The position numbers were made by a program, and so were the translations under genes. A stretch of 64,000 nucleotides of DNA from an uncultured Verrucomicrobiota bacterium (GTDB lineage: Bacteria > Verrucomicrobiota > Verrucomicrobiia > Limisphaerales > SIBE01): NCBI GenBank assembly GCA_964578605.1, contig CAZODO010000014.1:6102-70101 (forward strand). The letters run 5' to 3'. Each line of letters opens with the position of its first letter. The stretch's first letter is position 1. Under the pieces are notes generated by a model. It ran no database searches, was not told the DNA's origin, and saw only the letters and a program-made list of their open reading frames with translations. Shown one piece after another: positions 19,551-30,400 of the stretch.

Positions 19551-20069
19551 ATGAACGCTATTCGGCAACGCCTGACAGTACTGCTGGCTGAGGACGACGA
19601 AAACGATTCGCTTCTGATCCGGCGGGCGTTCGACCGCTTGCGCAGCCTCGTTCGTCTGATTGTCATTCCTGATGGCGATACCGCTACTGCGTATCTCCGG
19701 GGTGAGGGGAAATTCTCAGATCGCGAGCGCTGGCCTTTGCCGGACGTTGTCCTGCTGGACCAATGGCTGCCGGGGACCACGGGGCTTGACGTGCTGGCCT
19801 GGATGCGAACCGAAGCGGGCTTGGTCTCCCTTCCCGTCGCCTTGATCAGCGGAGGGATGTCGCCCGTGCATGCGCAGGAAGCGAGCCGATTGCGGGCGGC
19901 CTCATGCGCCAAAGGGGCGGACGCGACCGAGATGATGGAGGCGATCGATTGGGCGATGGAATCCGCCCAAGGCCTGGCATGTGAAGCCTGGTTTGCTTCC
20001 AGGAATGCGTATGCCCCTGCCTGCGCGCAGAGCCCCTATCAGCGAGAGGCTATTCGCGTCTGGACGTGA
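19551..20069 (+). CDS. Stand-alone response-regulator receiver protein
   Basis: LTVLLAEDDENDSLLI...DVVLLDQWLPGTTGLDVLAWMR (CheY-like acidic pocket and phospho-acceptor Asp). No recognisable output domain. Confidence 0.8.
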   Translation: MNAIRQRLTVLLAEDDENDSLLIRRAFDRLRSLVRLIVIPDGDTATAYLRGEGKFSDRERWPLPDVVLLDQWLPGTTGLDVLAWMRTEAGLVSLPVALISGGMSPVHAQEASRLRAASCAKGADATEMMEAIDWAMESAQGLACEAWFASRNAYAPACAQSPYQREAIRVWT

Positions 20070-20095
20070 CGCGTGTATCCGGGCGATTCGTCGGC

Positions 20096-20527
20096 TTATC
20101 CCCAAGGCTTGCGGCCCACGATCAGGCGCGTGAGCTTGGAAAGCGCCCCGCGGTTCCTGGCGATCCTTCGGTAGGCCCATTCGGCCAATCCGGCTGCACC
20201 CGGGACCTTCTGGTAAATCCAGAGCGCCCATCGCTTCGCGGGATTCACCGCCAGAGAGCGCAGGACCGCTTCGGCGCCGCGGAACACTCGGCCGCCCGGT
20301 TCAATCAAGTGGACAGCGGATTCGAATTCGGCCCGCGGCAGGTCGGGGAACCGGTTCGTGACGGAGGGGTCCTGGAACGGCGCGTAATCGATTTGATCTT
20401 CTGTCACCCGTCGCCAGCGCTCGACCCAATAGCGGCAGAACTTGCACTCGCCATCGAAGACGAGGAGGGGCTTTTCCAAGTTCACACGCGGCTCGGCATG
20501 GCGCGTCACGGATAGCGCCCGCTCCAC
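20096..20527 (-). CDS. DCC-family (DUF393) thiol-disulfide oxidoreductase
   Basis: LLVFDGECKFCRYWVERW contains the family CxxC motif. The start is GTG. Confidence 0.7.
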   Translation of the reverse strand: MERALSVTRHAEPRVNLEKPLLVFDGECKFCRYWVERWRRVTEDQIDYAPFQDPSVTNRFPDLPRAEFESAVHLIEPGGRVFRGAEAVLRSLAVNPAKRWALWIYQKVPGAAGLAEWAYRRIARNRGALSKLTRLIVGRKPWG

Positions 20528-20880
20528 GAGTTAAGCCGTTTGTCCGGGCCGAATGTCAGCCGAAGCTGTCTTCCGGAGGGGACGGTGCCCACAGATTGGC
20601 CAATTGAAAAGGCGCTGTTATGGCCGTAGAACCCGGTGCCCAAACCTGCACTGAGCGCCGGACCGGACGCGGCCCTCGAGATCCAGTCGGCGACCACGGA
20701 TCCATCGCTGAGTTCGGCGGCCTTGTCCGGTGGGCCGAGCTCAAGAACGGCCTGGTCATAGGTGTAGTTTCCGATCCGGCTGGCCCAATCAACCTTCGGC
20801 GTGGAGGCGCATCCGGTCCCAAGAAGCGCGACGAGAGCCAGTCCCCAGAGGAATTTTCCTTTCTGCCGGAGTGTTTTCAT
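20506..20880 (-). CDS. Small lipoprotein, function unknown
   Basis: Signal peptide with a lipobox (LVALLGTGCAS). Overlaps the DCC gene start by 22 nt. Confidence 0.55.
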   Translation of the reverse strand: MKTLRQKGKFLWGLALVALLGTGCASTPKVDWASRIGNYTYDQAVLELGPPDKAAELSDGSVVADWISRAASGPALSAGLGTGFYGHNSAFSIGQSVGTVPSGRQLRLTFGPDKRLNSWSGRYP

Positions 20881-20952
20881 GGAGGAACTTACCGGATGCC
20901 GGGCTTCACGGCAACGGAACGGTGGCTTCCCGGCAGGATGGGGGACTCGTGA

Positions 20953-21810
20953 CTAAACGTAAAGCGCCATGCGCAGATCGTGCACGAGCAGGCTCGTGAT
21001 GGGGTAGCGCTTGTCGGCTTCGCGTTCGAGGCACTTCAAAATCGCTTTCTCCAACGCAAACGGGATATCCGCGTTGAGTTCGCGCGGTGGGAGGAAATCC
21101 GAACGGTCAAGCTGTTTGCGGAGGATCTCGTCCGGCGTCTCACCGGGGAAAGGCTTGCGGCCCGCCAGCATCTCGTAGGCGGTCACGCCATAGGCAAAGA
21201 TGTCCACGCGGTGATCAATCGGCTGGCGCAGGAGCTGTTCCGGGGCCATGTAGGCCGGTGTTCCCGGGTTTTCGGACATCTTGTGCGGTTTCTCGGGTTT
21301 CTTTCGCGCCAGGTCGAAATCGACGAGCCGCACGTTCGCATTGCGCGAGACCAGGACGTTTTCCGGCTTGAAATCCAGGTGCATAAACCCGCTGTCATGG
21401 ACGTGCTCGAGGGCGACCGCCATGTCGATAAGGACGTTCCCCACATTCTCCACCAGGACCGGGTCGTTCCGCGAAAAGAGCAGCTTCAAGTTCGAGCCTT
21501 CCACGTACTCCATCACGAGATAAGGCGAGCCGCCCAGTTTGCCGTGCTCCACATAGCCAATGACATTCTCGTGGTTATGGATCTGGGACAGGATCTCGCA
21601 TCCGCGGAAGAACCTCTTCTTTGCCGTGAAGCTGAAAAACGAGGTGTCGCGAAGGCGCCGGAGCGCGAAGGGTTCGTTCTTCTGGTTGGTCACGTACCAG
21701 ATGTCCGCCATCCCGCCGCTGTTGATAAGCTCCTGGAGGTAGTAGGACCCGAATGACCTGTTCCCTTCCGGTGGACTTGAATTCAAACCGTCCGATTCGA
21801 GCGCAAACAT
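20953..21810 (-). CDS. Ser/Thr protein kinase (kinase domain only)
   Basis: HLDFKPENVL, VDFDLA and GTPAYMAPE Hanks-type motifs. About 285 aa with no sensor or transmembrane region. Confidence 0.85.
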   Translation of the reverse strand: MFALESDGLNSSPPEGNRSFGSYYLQELINSGGMADIWYVTNQKNEPFALRRLRDTSFFSFTAKKRFFRGCEILSQIHNHENVIGYVEHGKLGGSPYLVMEYVEGSNLKLLFSRNDPVLVENVGNVLIDMAVALEHVHDSGFMHLDFKPENVLVSRNANVRLVDFDLARKKPEKPHKMSENPGTPAYMAPEQLLRQPIDHRVDIFAYGVTAYEMLAGRKPFPGETPDEILRKQLDRSDFLPPRELNADIPFALEKAILKCLEREADKRYPITSLLVHDLRMALYV

Positions 21811-22003
21811 CACGTGTTTCCTGGTTTAGTTACCGCAATCCGCGGGCCTTTGCAATCCAGACGGGGTGTTCGTTCGTACGCACATCCAATGCGACCCACA
21901 AGGCAATTCAGGGAGGCAACGGCGGCAAAACGCTCAGGGCGAGGGTTGCTCAGCGGCCGCATGGCGCCATTGACATTGAACCATCATCAATCATAATTCG
22001 GCC

Positions 22004-22552
22004 ATGAGATTCATTGCGCTACTGATGGGCAGCCTTTGCTTGATGCAAATGGCGATGGCAAGCGCTTCCTCGCTGTACGAGATCCCCCTGAAAGATATCG
22101 ATGGCAAAGCAACGTCGTTGAAAGCGCATGAAGGCCAAGTGCTACTGCTGGTGAACGTGGCTTCCAAATGTGGTTACACGCCGCAGTACAAAGGCCTGGA
22201 GAGTCTGCACCTGCAGTTCAAAGACCGAGGCTTTACGGTGCTCGGTTTTCCGTGCAACGATTTCGGAGCGCAGGAACCGGGCAGTAACGACGAAATCAAA
22301 AGCTTCTGCTCGGCCAATTATGGCGTGACCTTCCCGCTTTTTGACAAGGTGCATGTGAAGGGACCAGATCAGCACCCGCTTTTCGCCGCGTTAACAGGGG
22401 ACGAATCGCCGCTCCCGGGAGAAATCAAATGGAATTTCTCGAAATTCCTGATCGGGCGAGACGGCAAGCTCGTTCGTCGATTTGAGTCGAAGGTGGCTCC
22501 GGATTCTCCCGAACTCGTCCAGGCGATCAAAGCGGCCTTGGAAAAGAAGTAA
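22004..22552 (+). CDS. gpx: Glutathione peroxidase (Cys-type), secreted
   Basis: VNVASKCGYTPQY, GFPCNDFGAQEPG and KWNFSKFL. N-terminal signal-like segment. Confidence 0.9.
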   Translation: MRFIALLMGSLCLMQMAMASASSLYEIPLKDIDGKATSLKAHEGQVLLLVNVASKCGYTPQYKGLESLHLQFKDRGFTVLGFPCNDFGAQEPGSNDEIKSFCSANYGVTFPLFDKVHVKGPDQHPLFAALTGDESPLPGEIKWNFSKFLIGRDGKLVRRFESKVAPDSPELVQAIKAALEKK

Positions 22553-22630
22553 AGCGGTCCGGATTCGGTGATCTGGCGCAGAACCAGGGGGCAGCTGTCG
22601 GGATGGCTCGGAGTTCGCCAACCAATTACT

Positions 22631-22933
22631 ATGCAAAAAGTCAAACACATCACGCTCTTGAAGTTCAAGGAGGGGACTCCCGAGGATCAGGTGCAGAGCA
22701 TTTTCGACACGATCCTGGACATCACCGAAAGTGTTCCGGGAATCGAGGATTATGTGTCGGGACCGAACTCCAGTCCGGAAGGGTTCAGCCAGGGGTATAC
22801 GCACGCGCTGATCATGACGTTTTCGGATTCTGCGGCGCGCGATGCTTACCTGAACAACCCCAGCCACGAGCAGGTGAAGGGTTTGACGGACCCTGTGCTG
22901 GACGCGCGTCTGGTGATTGATTTCGAGGTGTAA
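22631..22933 (+). CDS. Dabb (stress-responsive A/B barrel) domain protein
   Basis: MQKVKHITLLKFKEGT...HALIMTFSDSAARDAYLNNPSHEQV, typical of the Dabb family. Internal ATG 22631 chosen. Confidence 0.8.
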   Translation: MQKVKHITLLKFKEGTPEDQVQSIFDTILDITESVPGIEDYVSGPNSSPEGFSQGYTHALIMTFSDSAARDAYLNNPSHEQVKGLTDPVLDARLVIDFEV

Positions 22934-23005
22934 CTGCCTTCCAACTCCGTTGCGTGCCCTTTGGTTTAACTGGATTTTATGGCTCGTCGACAGCATCCTT
23001 CGGAA

Positions 23006-23380
23006 ATGAAACTCATTCTATCGGCCCACAATGTGACGCTCACCAAGGCGATTGAAGCCCATGTTGTCATTCGCTTGGAAAAGATTGCTCATTTGGATCG
23101 ATTCGCGATCGATGCCCGGGTGACCCTGGATCACGATCATACCAAAGTTCCCGAACGCGCTTTCAGTTGCTCCATCCGTCTGAGTGTGCCTGGCCCGGAC
23201 CTGTTTGCCGAAGATTCGCAGAGCGACCTGTATGCCGCCATCGATGTGGTCAGCAAGAAGATCGAACAACAGATCCGCAAGCGGCATAACAAGTTTAAGG
23301 CCCGCAAACATACCGACGCGGCAACCACCAAGCGCAAGCGCCAGGAAGCCCTCCTCCAGCCCGACACAGACCTTTCCTAA
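23006..23380 (+). CDS. hpf: Ribosome hibernation promoting factor (short HPF/RaiA family)
   Basis: MKLILSAHNVTLTKAIEAHV...DLYAAIDVVSKKIEQQIRKRHNK. Confidence 0.8.
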   Translation: MKLILSAHNVTLTKAIEAHVVIRLEKIAHLDRFAIDARVTLDHDHTKVPERAFSCSIRLSVPGPDLFAEDSQSDLYAAIDVVSKKIEQQIRKRHNKFKARKHTDAATTKRKRQEALLQPDTDLS

Positions 23381-23406
23381 GCCGGCTTTTCTCGCGCTCT
23401 GTCGCT

Positions 23407-24708
23407 GTGTTCTCCGCCCCTGGCCAAAATCCCGATGGCCTAGCAGCGCGTTTTCTTCTCCGGGCGCGCATCGTTCTGCCGGTCGCCAAGCCGCCCCTTG
23501 AGAACGGCGGCGTCCTGATCACTGGCGATCGGATTGCGGCCGTCGGTCCGGCGGCTTCCTTTCGGGCTGAGCCTCGATCCGCCACGGTCGACTTGGGCGA
23601 GGTGATCCTGCTTCCCGGCCTGGTCAACGCACATTGCCATCTCGATTACACCGACATGGCGGGGCAAATCCCCCCACCGGCCGGTTTTCCTGAATGGATT
23701 AAGGCCATGCTGGCGTTGAAACAGGACCGCATGTTTTCGGACTACGCAGCCGCCTGGCTCAAGGGCGCCCGGATGCTCCTGCGCCACGGGACCACCACCG
23801 TCGTGGATGCCGAGGCTGTCCCCTTGCTGTTGTCCGAGGTGCTCTCGGCGACCCCTTTGCGCGTCTGTTCGCTGCTGGAGTTGACGGGGCTTCGCAGCCG
23901 GCGCGCACCGGAGCAACTCTTGCGCGACGCCACCCAAACGATTGAATCGCTTGCAGTCGCCTCTGGTTGGGCCGGCCTTTCGCCCCACGCGCCTTACTCA
24001 ACTCCACCCGCCGTGCTCCGTCTTGCGGCCGAGGCCGCGCAGGAAAGGCACTGGCCGCTGGCGACGCACGTGGCAGAATCAGCCGAAGAGCTGGAGATGT
24101 TCGTGGCCCGGCGCGGCCCGATGTTCGATTGGCTCAAGGAATTCCGGGATATGTCGGACTGCGGTGGTTGTTCACCCGTGCGGCACCTCCAACGGCACGG
24201 CCTGCTTTCGGAGCGCTTGATGGCCGTGCATGCGAATTACCTGGCGGCGGGAGACGCGGAGACCCTGGCTCGGGCGGACGTCAGCGTGGTTCATTGTCCG
24301 CGGAGCCATGCCTACTTTGGCCATCAGCCGTTTCCCTGGGGAGAGTTGGTGGCGGCCGGGGTGAACCTCTGCCTTGGAACCGACAGCCTTGCGACTGTGC
24401 GGACGCGCCCCGGGGCCGAGTGTGAGCTCGATCTGTTCCAGGAGATGCGGGCGTTCGCCAAGGGCCAGCCCGCGGTGGCGCCGCGGACCGTTGTCCGGCT
24501 TGCGACGATGAATGGGGCACGGGCTTTGGGCCAGGCTGGGGAGCTTGGGGAGTTGTCACCCCGAGCGCGTGCGGACGTGATCACAGTGCCTTTCTCGGGC
24601 GGGGTTCGTGGCGTCTGGGAGGCGGCGATTCATCATCAAGAGCCTGTGCCCGGCGTGATGATTGGCGGGCAATGGGTGGTCCGGCCGCCCGGCGCTTGGA
24701 GCCCTTGA
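23407..24708 (+). CDS. Amidohydrolase-family metallo-enzyme (nucleoside/chloro-hydrolase-like deaminase)
   Basis: ILLPGLVNAHCHLDYT (HxH metal site). About 430 aa. GTG start, with the true start uncertain. The bioF start follows 3 nt after its stop. Confidence 0.65.
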   Translation: MFSAPGQNPDGLAARFLLRARIVLPVAKPPLENGGVLITGDRIAAVGPAASFRAEPRSATVDLGEVILLPGLVNAHCHLDYTDMAGQIPPPAGFPEWIKAMLALKQDRMFSDYAAAWLKGARMLLRHGTTTVVDAEAVPLLLSEVLSATPLRVCSLLELTGLRSRRAPEQLLRDATQTIESLAVASGWAGLSPHAPYSTPPAVLRLAAEAAQERHWPLATHVAESAEELEMFVARRGPMFDWLKEFRDMSDCGGCSPVRHLQRHGLLSERLMAVHANYLAAGDAETLARADVSVVHCPRSHAYFGHQPFPWGELVAAGVNLCLGTDSLATVRTRPGAECELDLFQEMRAFAKGQPAVAPRTVVRLATMNGARALGQAGELGELSPRARADVITVPFSGGVRGVWEAAIHHQEPVPGVMIGGQWVVRPPGAWSP

Positions 24709-24711
24709 AAG

Positions 24712-25926
24712 ATGCTTGAGTTCGAGGAAACGCTGAAACGGGAGCTTGCCCTGATTGAGGAGCAGGGCTTGAGGCGCGAGTTGCGCCAGGTCGATTCGCC
24801 GCAGGCGGCTCGGATCATTTGGGATGGCCGTGAGTTGGTGAACTTCGCTTCGAACGATTACCTCGGCTTGGCAAACCATCCGTCCGTCAAGCAGGCGGCG
24901 GTGGAGGCGGTCGAAAGGTTCGGTGCCGGCTCGGGTGCGTCGCGCCTGATCTGCGGTTCGCTCGCGCCGCACCATCGACTGGAGGAAGCGCTCGCGGCGT
25001 TCAAAGGCTTAGAAGCGGCCGTGAGTTTTGGGAGCGGGTATGCCGCGGCGCTGGGGACGATCGGCGCCCTTCTGGGCAAGGACGACTGTGTGGTCGTCGA
25101 TCGCCTGGTGCATGCCTGTTTTATCGATGCTGCCCGCTTGAGCGGTGCCAAACTCCGTGTCTTTCGGCATAACGACCTCGGTGATCTGGAGCGCGTCCTG
25201 CGGTCGGTGATTGCCCGGTGCGGCCCGGCTTCCGGCCGGGAATCAACCCCGCGGATCCTCGTGGTGACCGAGAGTGTTTTCTCCATGGACGGCGACCTCG
25301 CGCCCTTGAAGGGCATCGTCGAGCTGAAAGAGCGTTACGGGGCGTGGCTGATGCTGGACGAGGCGCATGCTACCGGTCTTTTTGGTGAAAGGCGAAACGG
25401 CTTGGCAAGCGCCTCTGGAGTGGGCGGACGCATCGAGATCCAGATGGGCACGCTCGGCAAAGCGCTGGGGGCTTCCGGCGGCTTCATTTGCGGCTCGCGA
25501 CGGCTGATCGATCTTTTGGTAAACCGTGCGCGCAGCTTCATCTTTTCAACGGCCCCGGCGCCTGCGGCCTCGGCGGCCGCCCTGGCCGCCATTAATCTGG
25601 TGCAGAGCGACACGGGCGCCGGGCGATGTCGGGCGTTGTGGGAAAGAGTCGCGCAGATCGCGAAGCTCGCGCGCAGCGGATGGACCGAGTCGTTGGCCGC
25701 GCCAGGCAGCCCTATTCTCCCAGTGCCGGTCGGCGAGGAACGGGATGCCGTGGCCTTGGCGGATCGCCTGCGTGAGCACGGGTTTGGCATTCCCGCGGTC
25801 CGTTACCCCGCGGTGCCGCGCGGCAAAGCCCGGCTCCGGATGACCCTGACGGCCGGGCATTCGGCGGAGGATATCACGCGCGCGACGGCTTTACTGGAGG
25901 CATTTGGGGCGCTGCGCAAGTCGTAA
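24712..25926 (+). CDS. bioF: 8-amino-7-oxononanoate synthase
   Basis: VNFASNDYLGLANHP, ESVFSMDGD and GTLGKALG (PLP lysine region). Confidence 0.85.
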   Translation: MLEFEETLKRELALIEEQGLRRELRQVDSPQAARIIWDGRELVNFASNDYLGLANHPSVKQAAVEAVERFGAGSGASRLICGSLAPHHRLEEALAAFKGLEAAVSFGSGYAAALGTIGALLGKDDCVVVDRLVHACFIDAARLSGAKLRVFRHNDLGDLERVLRSVIARCGPASGRESTPRILVVTESVFSMDGDLAPLKGIVELKERYGAWLMLDEAHATGLFGERRNGLASASGVGGRIEIQMGTLGKALGASGGFICGSRRLIDLLVNRARSFIFSTAPAPAASAAALAAINLVQSDTGAGRCRALWERVAQIAKLARSGWTESLAAPGSPILPVPVGEERDAVALADRLREHGFGIPAVRYPAVPRGKARLRMTLTAGHSAEDITRATALLEAFGALRKS

Positions 25927-25932
25927 GGAAGT

Positions 25933-27345
25933 ATGCATCCACTGGCCAAGCTCGATCATCAGTTTGTCTGGCATCCCTTTACCCAGATGCGGGACTGGCT
26001 TCGGCGTGAACCGATCGTGATCGTCGAAGGGAAGGGCGCCGTGCTGCGCGATGCGGACGGCAAGGAATACCTGGATGCGAACTCTTCGATTTGGACCAAT
26101 CTGCACGGGCACCGCCATTCGAAGATCCATGCGGCCATCCGCCGGCAGCTTTCGAAGATCGCGCATTCGTCCGCCCTGGGGTTTGCGAATGAGCCGGCGT
26201 CATTGCTGGCAGCGGAACTGATTTCCCTCGCCAACCGGGCCCAGGCGCTCACGCCGCATTTGGCAAAGGTATTCTTCTCGGACGACGGATCGACGGCGCT
26301 CGAGGTGGCCTTAAAGCTCGCCTACGAGTTTGCACGACGTTCCGGCCGGAGCAGCAACCCCAAGTTCCTCTCGCTGGATCGGGCGTACCATGGCGATACC
26401 GTCGGTGCGGTCAGCTTGGGCCATATCGACCTGTTCCATAAGGCGTATTCGGGCTTGCTCTTCACGTCCGAGACTGTCCAGGCGCCTTACTGTTACCGTT
26501 GCCCGTTCAACCGCGCGGCGCCGGAGCGTGCTGACGGGCGCGAATACCGAAAGTGCCAATGGGAATGCGTTCAGGAGGTCGAACGGGCTTTTGCCCGGCA
26601 ACGCGCGGCGGGAAACCCTTTTGCCGCGTTCGTGGTGGAGCCCCGGATGCAAGGTGCGGCCGGGATGATACCGCAGCCGGCCGGCTGGCTGCGCAAAGTA
26701 GCCGAGATCGCGCGCGCGGACGGTGCGCAACTGATTGCCGACGAAGTCATGACGGGCTTTGGGCGGACTGGATCGGTGTTCGCAAGCCATGCCGAGGGGG
26801 TGCAACCGGATTATCTTGCCGTCGCAAAAGGCCTCACGGGCGGTTACTTGCCGATGGCGGCCACGCTGGTGACCCAGCCGGTCTTTGACGCGTTCCTTGG
26901 CGAATATTCCGAGTTCAAGACGTTTTTCCACGGACACAGCTTCACGGGGAACCAATTGGGCGCCGCAGCGGCGCTGTCGAGCCTTGGGCTGTTGAACGCG
27001 CCTCGGGCGGAGGCTGCCCGGGCGCGGCTCGCGGGGGCATTGCAACGGCAATTGCAGGCGCTCTGGGCGCTCCCGAACGTTGGAGACATCCGCCAGGTCG
27101 GGTTGGTGGTGGGCGTTGAATTGGTCCGCGACTGGCGCACCCGGGAACCGTTCCGTCCGGACGAACGGGTTGGCATTCGCGTTTGCGAAGGGATGGCCCG
27201 GAGAGGCGTGCTCACGCGGCCGGTGGGTGATGTGATCGTTCTGATGCCGCCTTACTGCGCCACGCCGACCCAGGTGGCCCGGATGATCGCCGCGCTCGCG
27301 GACAGCCTTGCGGAGATGCGCCCGCCCGGCGCTCCGAATGCGTGA
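25933..27345 (+). CDS. bioA: Adenosylmethionine-8-amino-7-oxononanoate aminotransferase
   Basis: HPFTQM, IADEVMTGFGRTG and AVAKGLTGGYLP. An AAGGAAG Shine-Dalgarno sequence precedes the ATG. Confidence 0.9.
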   Translation: MHPLAKLDHQFVWHPFTQMRDWLRREPIVIVEGKGAVLRDADGKEYLDANSSIWTNLHGHRHSKIHAAIRRQLSKIAHSSALGFANEPASLLAAELISLANRAQALTPHLAKVFFSDDGSTALEVALKLAYEFARRSGRSSNPKFLSLDRAYHGDTVGAVSLGHIDLFHKAYSGLLFTSETVQAPYCYRCPFNRAAPERADGREYRKCQWECVQEVERAFARQRAAGNPFAAFVVEPRMQGAAGMIPQPAGWLRKVAEIARADGAQLIADEVMTGFGRTGSVFASHAEGVQPDYLAVAKGLTGGYLPMAATLVTQPVFDAFLGEYSEFKTFFHGHSFTGNQLGAAAALSSLGLLNAPRAEAARARLAGALQRQLQALWALPNVGDIRQVGLVVGVELVRDWRTREPFRPDERVGIRVCEGMARRGVLTRPVGDVIVLMPPYCATPTQVARMIAALADSLAEMRPPGAPNA

Positions 27346-27465
27346 CAGCTTTGGCGATTCCTGCCACACTCTGATCGGATGAGACCCGCGAGCCAGCCCC
27401 CAAGAGAACCTGATCCGGCCCGGTCCTCGAGTCCTGCTTGCGGATGTGCCGCGAAGGCTTGTGGC

Positions 27466-30400
27466 ATGGGCCGGCGGGAGTTTTTGAAGGTCTCTGGTTG
27501 GGCGGCGCTGACGGCGGGTGTGGCGCCCTGGCGGGCCATGGCCGGGCCCTTCGCGGCGGCGGACTTCGAGAACCTGGTTCCGGCGGACAAGCGCCTCAGC
27601 CCTGAATGGGTCAAGTCGTTAACGGAGCGCGGGGAGCCCGAGGTCTGGCGCGGTTCCGAGTTGGCGCATATTGGGATGCCGGCCGGCGGGATTGGCTGCG
27701 GGCAGCTCTATATCAGCGGAGACGGCCGTCTTTGGCATTGGGATATCTTTCGCCCCACCTATTCCACCGATTATTCCGAGGTCACGACCGGTCCGCATTA
27801 CGCCGAACCGCTCTCCCAGGACTCTCCCATCGAGCAAGGGTTCGCGCTTCGCATCAATGCGGGCGGGCAGCGCGAGGTCTGGGAACTGGATTCGCGGGCG
27901 TTCCGTGACGTGGCATTTCGCGGCGAGTACCCGATGGCGAAGGCGCGTTTTGAAGACGCGGCGTGTCCGGTCCGGGTGGATCTGGTGGCCTTTTCGCCCT
28001 TCATCCCGCTGAATCCCGACGCTTCCTCTTTGCCGGCGACCGTCCTGCAGTACGAGATCAGGAACACGAGCAAGTCCAAGATCGATGTGGAGATCGCGGG
28101 CTGGTTGCAGAACGCGGTATGCCTGTCGGACGACCTGCCGTCACTTGGCATCCGGCGCAACCGGGTTTCGCGCCGGGACCGAGTCCTGATGTTGGAATGT
28201 TCGGCAGAACCGCCGCCGGCGCGGAACCGGGCCGAGCGCCGGGCGGACATCCTTTTTGACGGATTCGAACGCGGAACGTACCAGGGCTGGACGGCGACCG
28301 GCACCGCCTTTGGTTCCGGGCCGGTGGAGCGAAGCGGGATGCCTTCCTACCAGCAGGATCCCGGAGCCCAAGGCCGCGGCCTGGTCAACAGCCACAATGC
28401 CCGCCAGGGCGAGGATATCCCCAAAGCCGATGCGCACACGGGGACGCTGACGAGCCGGTCGTTCGTGATTGAGCGCGATTTCATTTCGTTCCTCATTGGC
28501 GGCGGGCAGCACCCCGGCAAGACGTGCCTGAATCTGCTGGTGGACGGCTTGGTGGTCGCCAGTGCCACCGGTCACAACGATCACCGCATGCGCCAGGAAT
28601 GCTTTGACGTGAGTGCCTGGCCGGGGAAAACCGCCCAGCTCCAGATCATCGACCAGGTCGAGGGGGCCTGGGGGAATATCGGCGTGGACGAGATCGTGTT
28701 CACGGACGAAATCCCGAGCAACAAGCAATTGGACCAGTTGCCCGGGTATGGCACCATGAGCCTGGCCGTGTTGGACTCCAAGCGATCCGATCCTGGGGTC
28801 GCCGTGGTGGCCAGGCCGGTCACGGCCACCTCCGTCTTCAGTGCGCTCCGGGAGAGAAAGCCGGTGCCCTCAGTCACGACGCGCTTTGGGCAACTGTTGG
28901 CCGGCGCCGTGGGGCGCAAACTCAGTCTCCGGGCGGGCGACAGTGCCAAGGTCACCTTTGTCCTCGGCTGGCATTTCCCGGCTTACCTGAACCCTTCCGG
29001 TGAAATGGCAGCCATCCGGGACATTGGCCAACTGCGCCGCCGCTACGCCCGGAGGTTCGATTCGGCCAGCGATACGGTTTCCTACGTGGCGCGGCATCTC
29101 GACTCGCTCGCGGGGGAGACGGCGCTTTGGAACGAAACCTGGTACCGTTCCACACTCCCGTTCTGGTTCCTGGACCGCACCTTCCTCACGCTTGACACCC
29201 TCGCGACGACCACCTGCCACTGGTTTGATAACGACCGCTTTTACGCCTGGGAAGGGGTCGACTGCTGCCCGGGCACGTGCCAGCACGTCTGGCAGTACGC
29301 CCAAGGCGTGGCCCGCGTCTTCCCCCAGATCGAACGCGACGTGCGCGAGCGCGTCGATTTCGGCCTTGCCTGGCATGATAACGGCGCCATGGATTACCGC
29401 GGCGAAAGCGGCCGCAACGTGGCCCATGACGGCTTTGCCGGAACTCTTTTGCGTGTCTACCGCGAACATCAGACCTCTTCGGACAGCGCGTTCCTGCGGC
29501 GACTCTGGCCGCGTGTCCGCAAATCGCTGGAGTACCTGATGCGCGAAGACGCCGACGGCGACGGCCTGCTCGAGGGCGAGCAGTTCAACACCCTTGATGC
29601 GTCATGGTTCGGTCCCATGGCCTGGGTCAGTTCGCTGTACCTTGCCGCGCTGGCGGCCGGCCGTGAGATGGCCCTGGAGATGGAGGACGAAGCGTTCGCA
29701 AGGCGCTGCCAGCGCTTGATGATCGTCGGCCGCCGCAACCTGGTCGATCGACTCTTCAACGGCGAGTACTTCATTCACAAACCGGACCCGGCCCGGCCGG
29801 AGGCCACGAACACCAACGACGGCTGCCATATCGACCAGGTCTTCGGCCAGAGTTACGCCTGGCAACTGGGGCTCGGCCGCGTGGTTCCCGAAGCCGAGTG
29901 CGCTTCGGCATTGCGGTCGATCTGGCGGTACAATTTCACCCCGGACGTGGGCCCTTACCGGCAGAACTTCAAGGCGATCACAGCCGGGCGCTGGTATGCC
30001 TTGCCGGGCGAAGGCGGCGTGATCATGTGCACCTGGCCGAAGGGCGGCGCGGAAAGAGCCTCCGGCAAGGGCAACCCCACGTTTGTGGGGTACTTCAACG
30101 AATGCATGACCGGGTTCGAGTACCAGGTCGCGGCCCACATGCTCTGGGAAGGCATGGTCACCGAAGGGATGGCCATCGTTCGGACCATCCACGACCGGTA
30201 TCACGCCTCCAAGCGTAATCCCTACAACGAAGTCGAGTGCTCCGACCATTACTCCCGCGCCATGATGAGCTACGGCGTCTTCCTCGCAGCCTGCGGCTAT
30301 GAGTACCATGGTCCCAAGGGCCACCTCGGCTTCGCCCCGCGGATCACTCCGGAGCATTTCCGCGCCGCCTTCACTGCCGCCGAAGGGTGGGGGACCTTCT

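Noticed and set aside
21813-22004. Recurring GCAAT/GCAAC words and cattga/atcat repeats in the kinase-gpx divergent promoter region
   Set aside because: The spacings (17, 52, 13 and 9 bp) show no consistent period, and the words are short. This is insufficient to call a repeat element.
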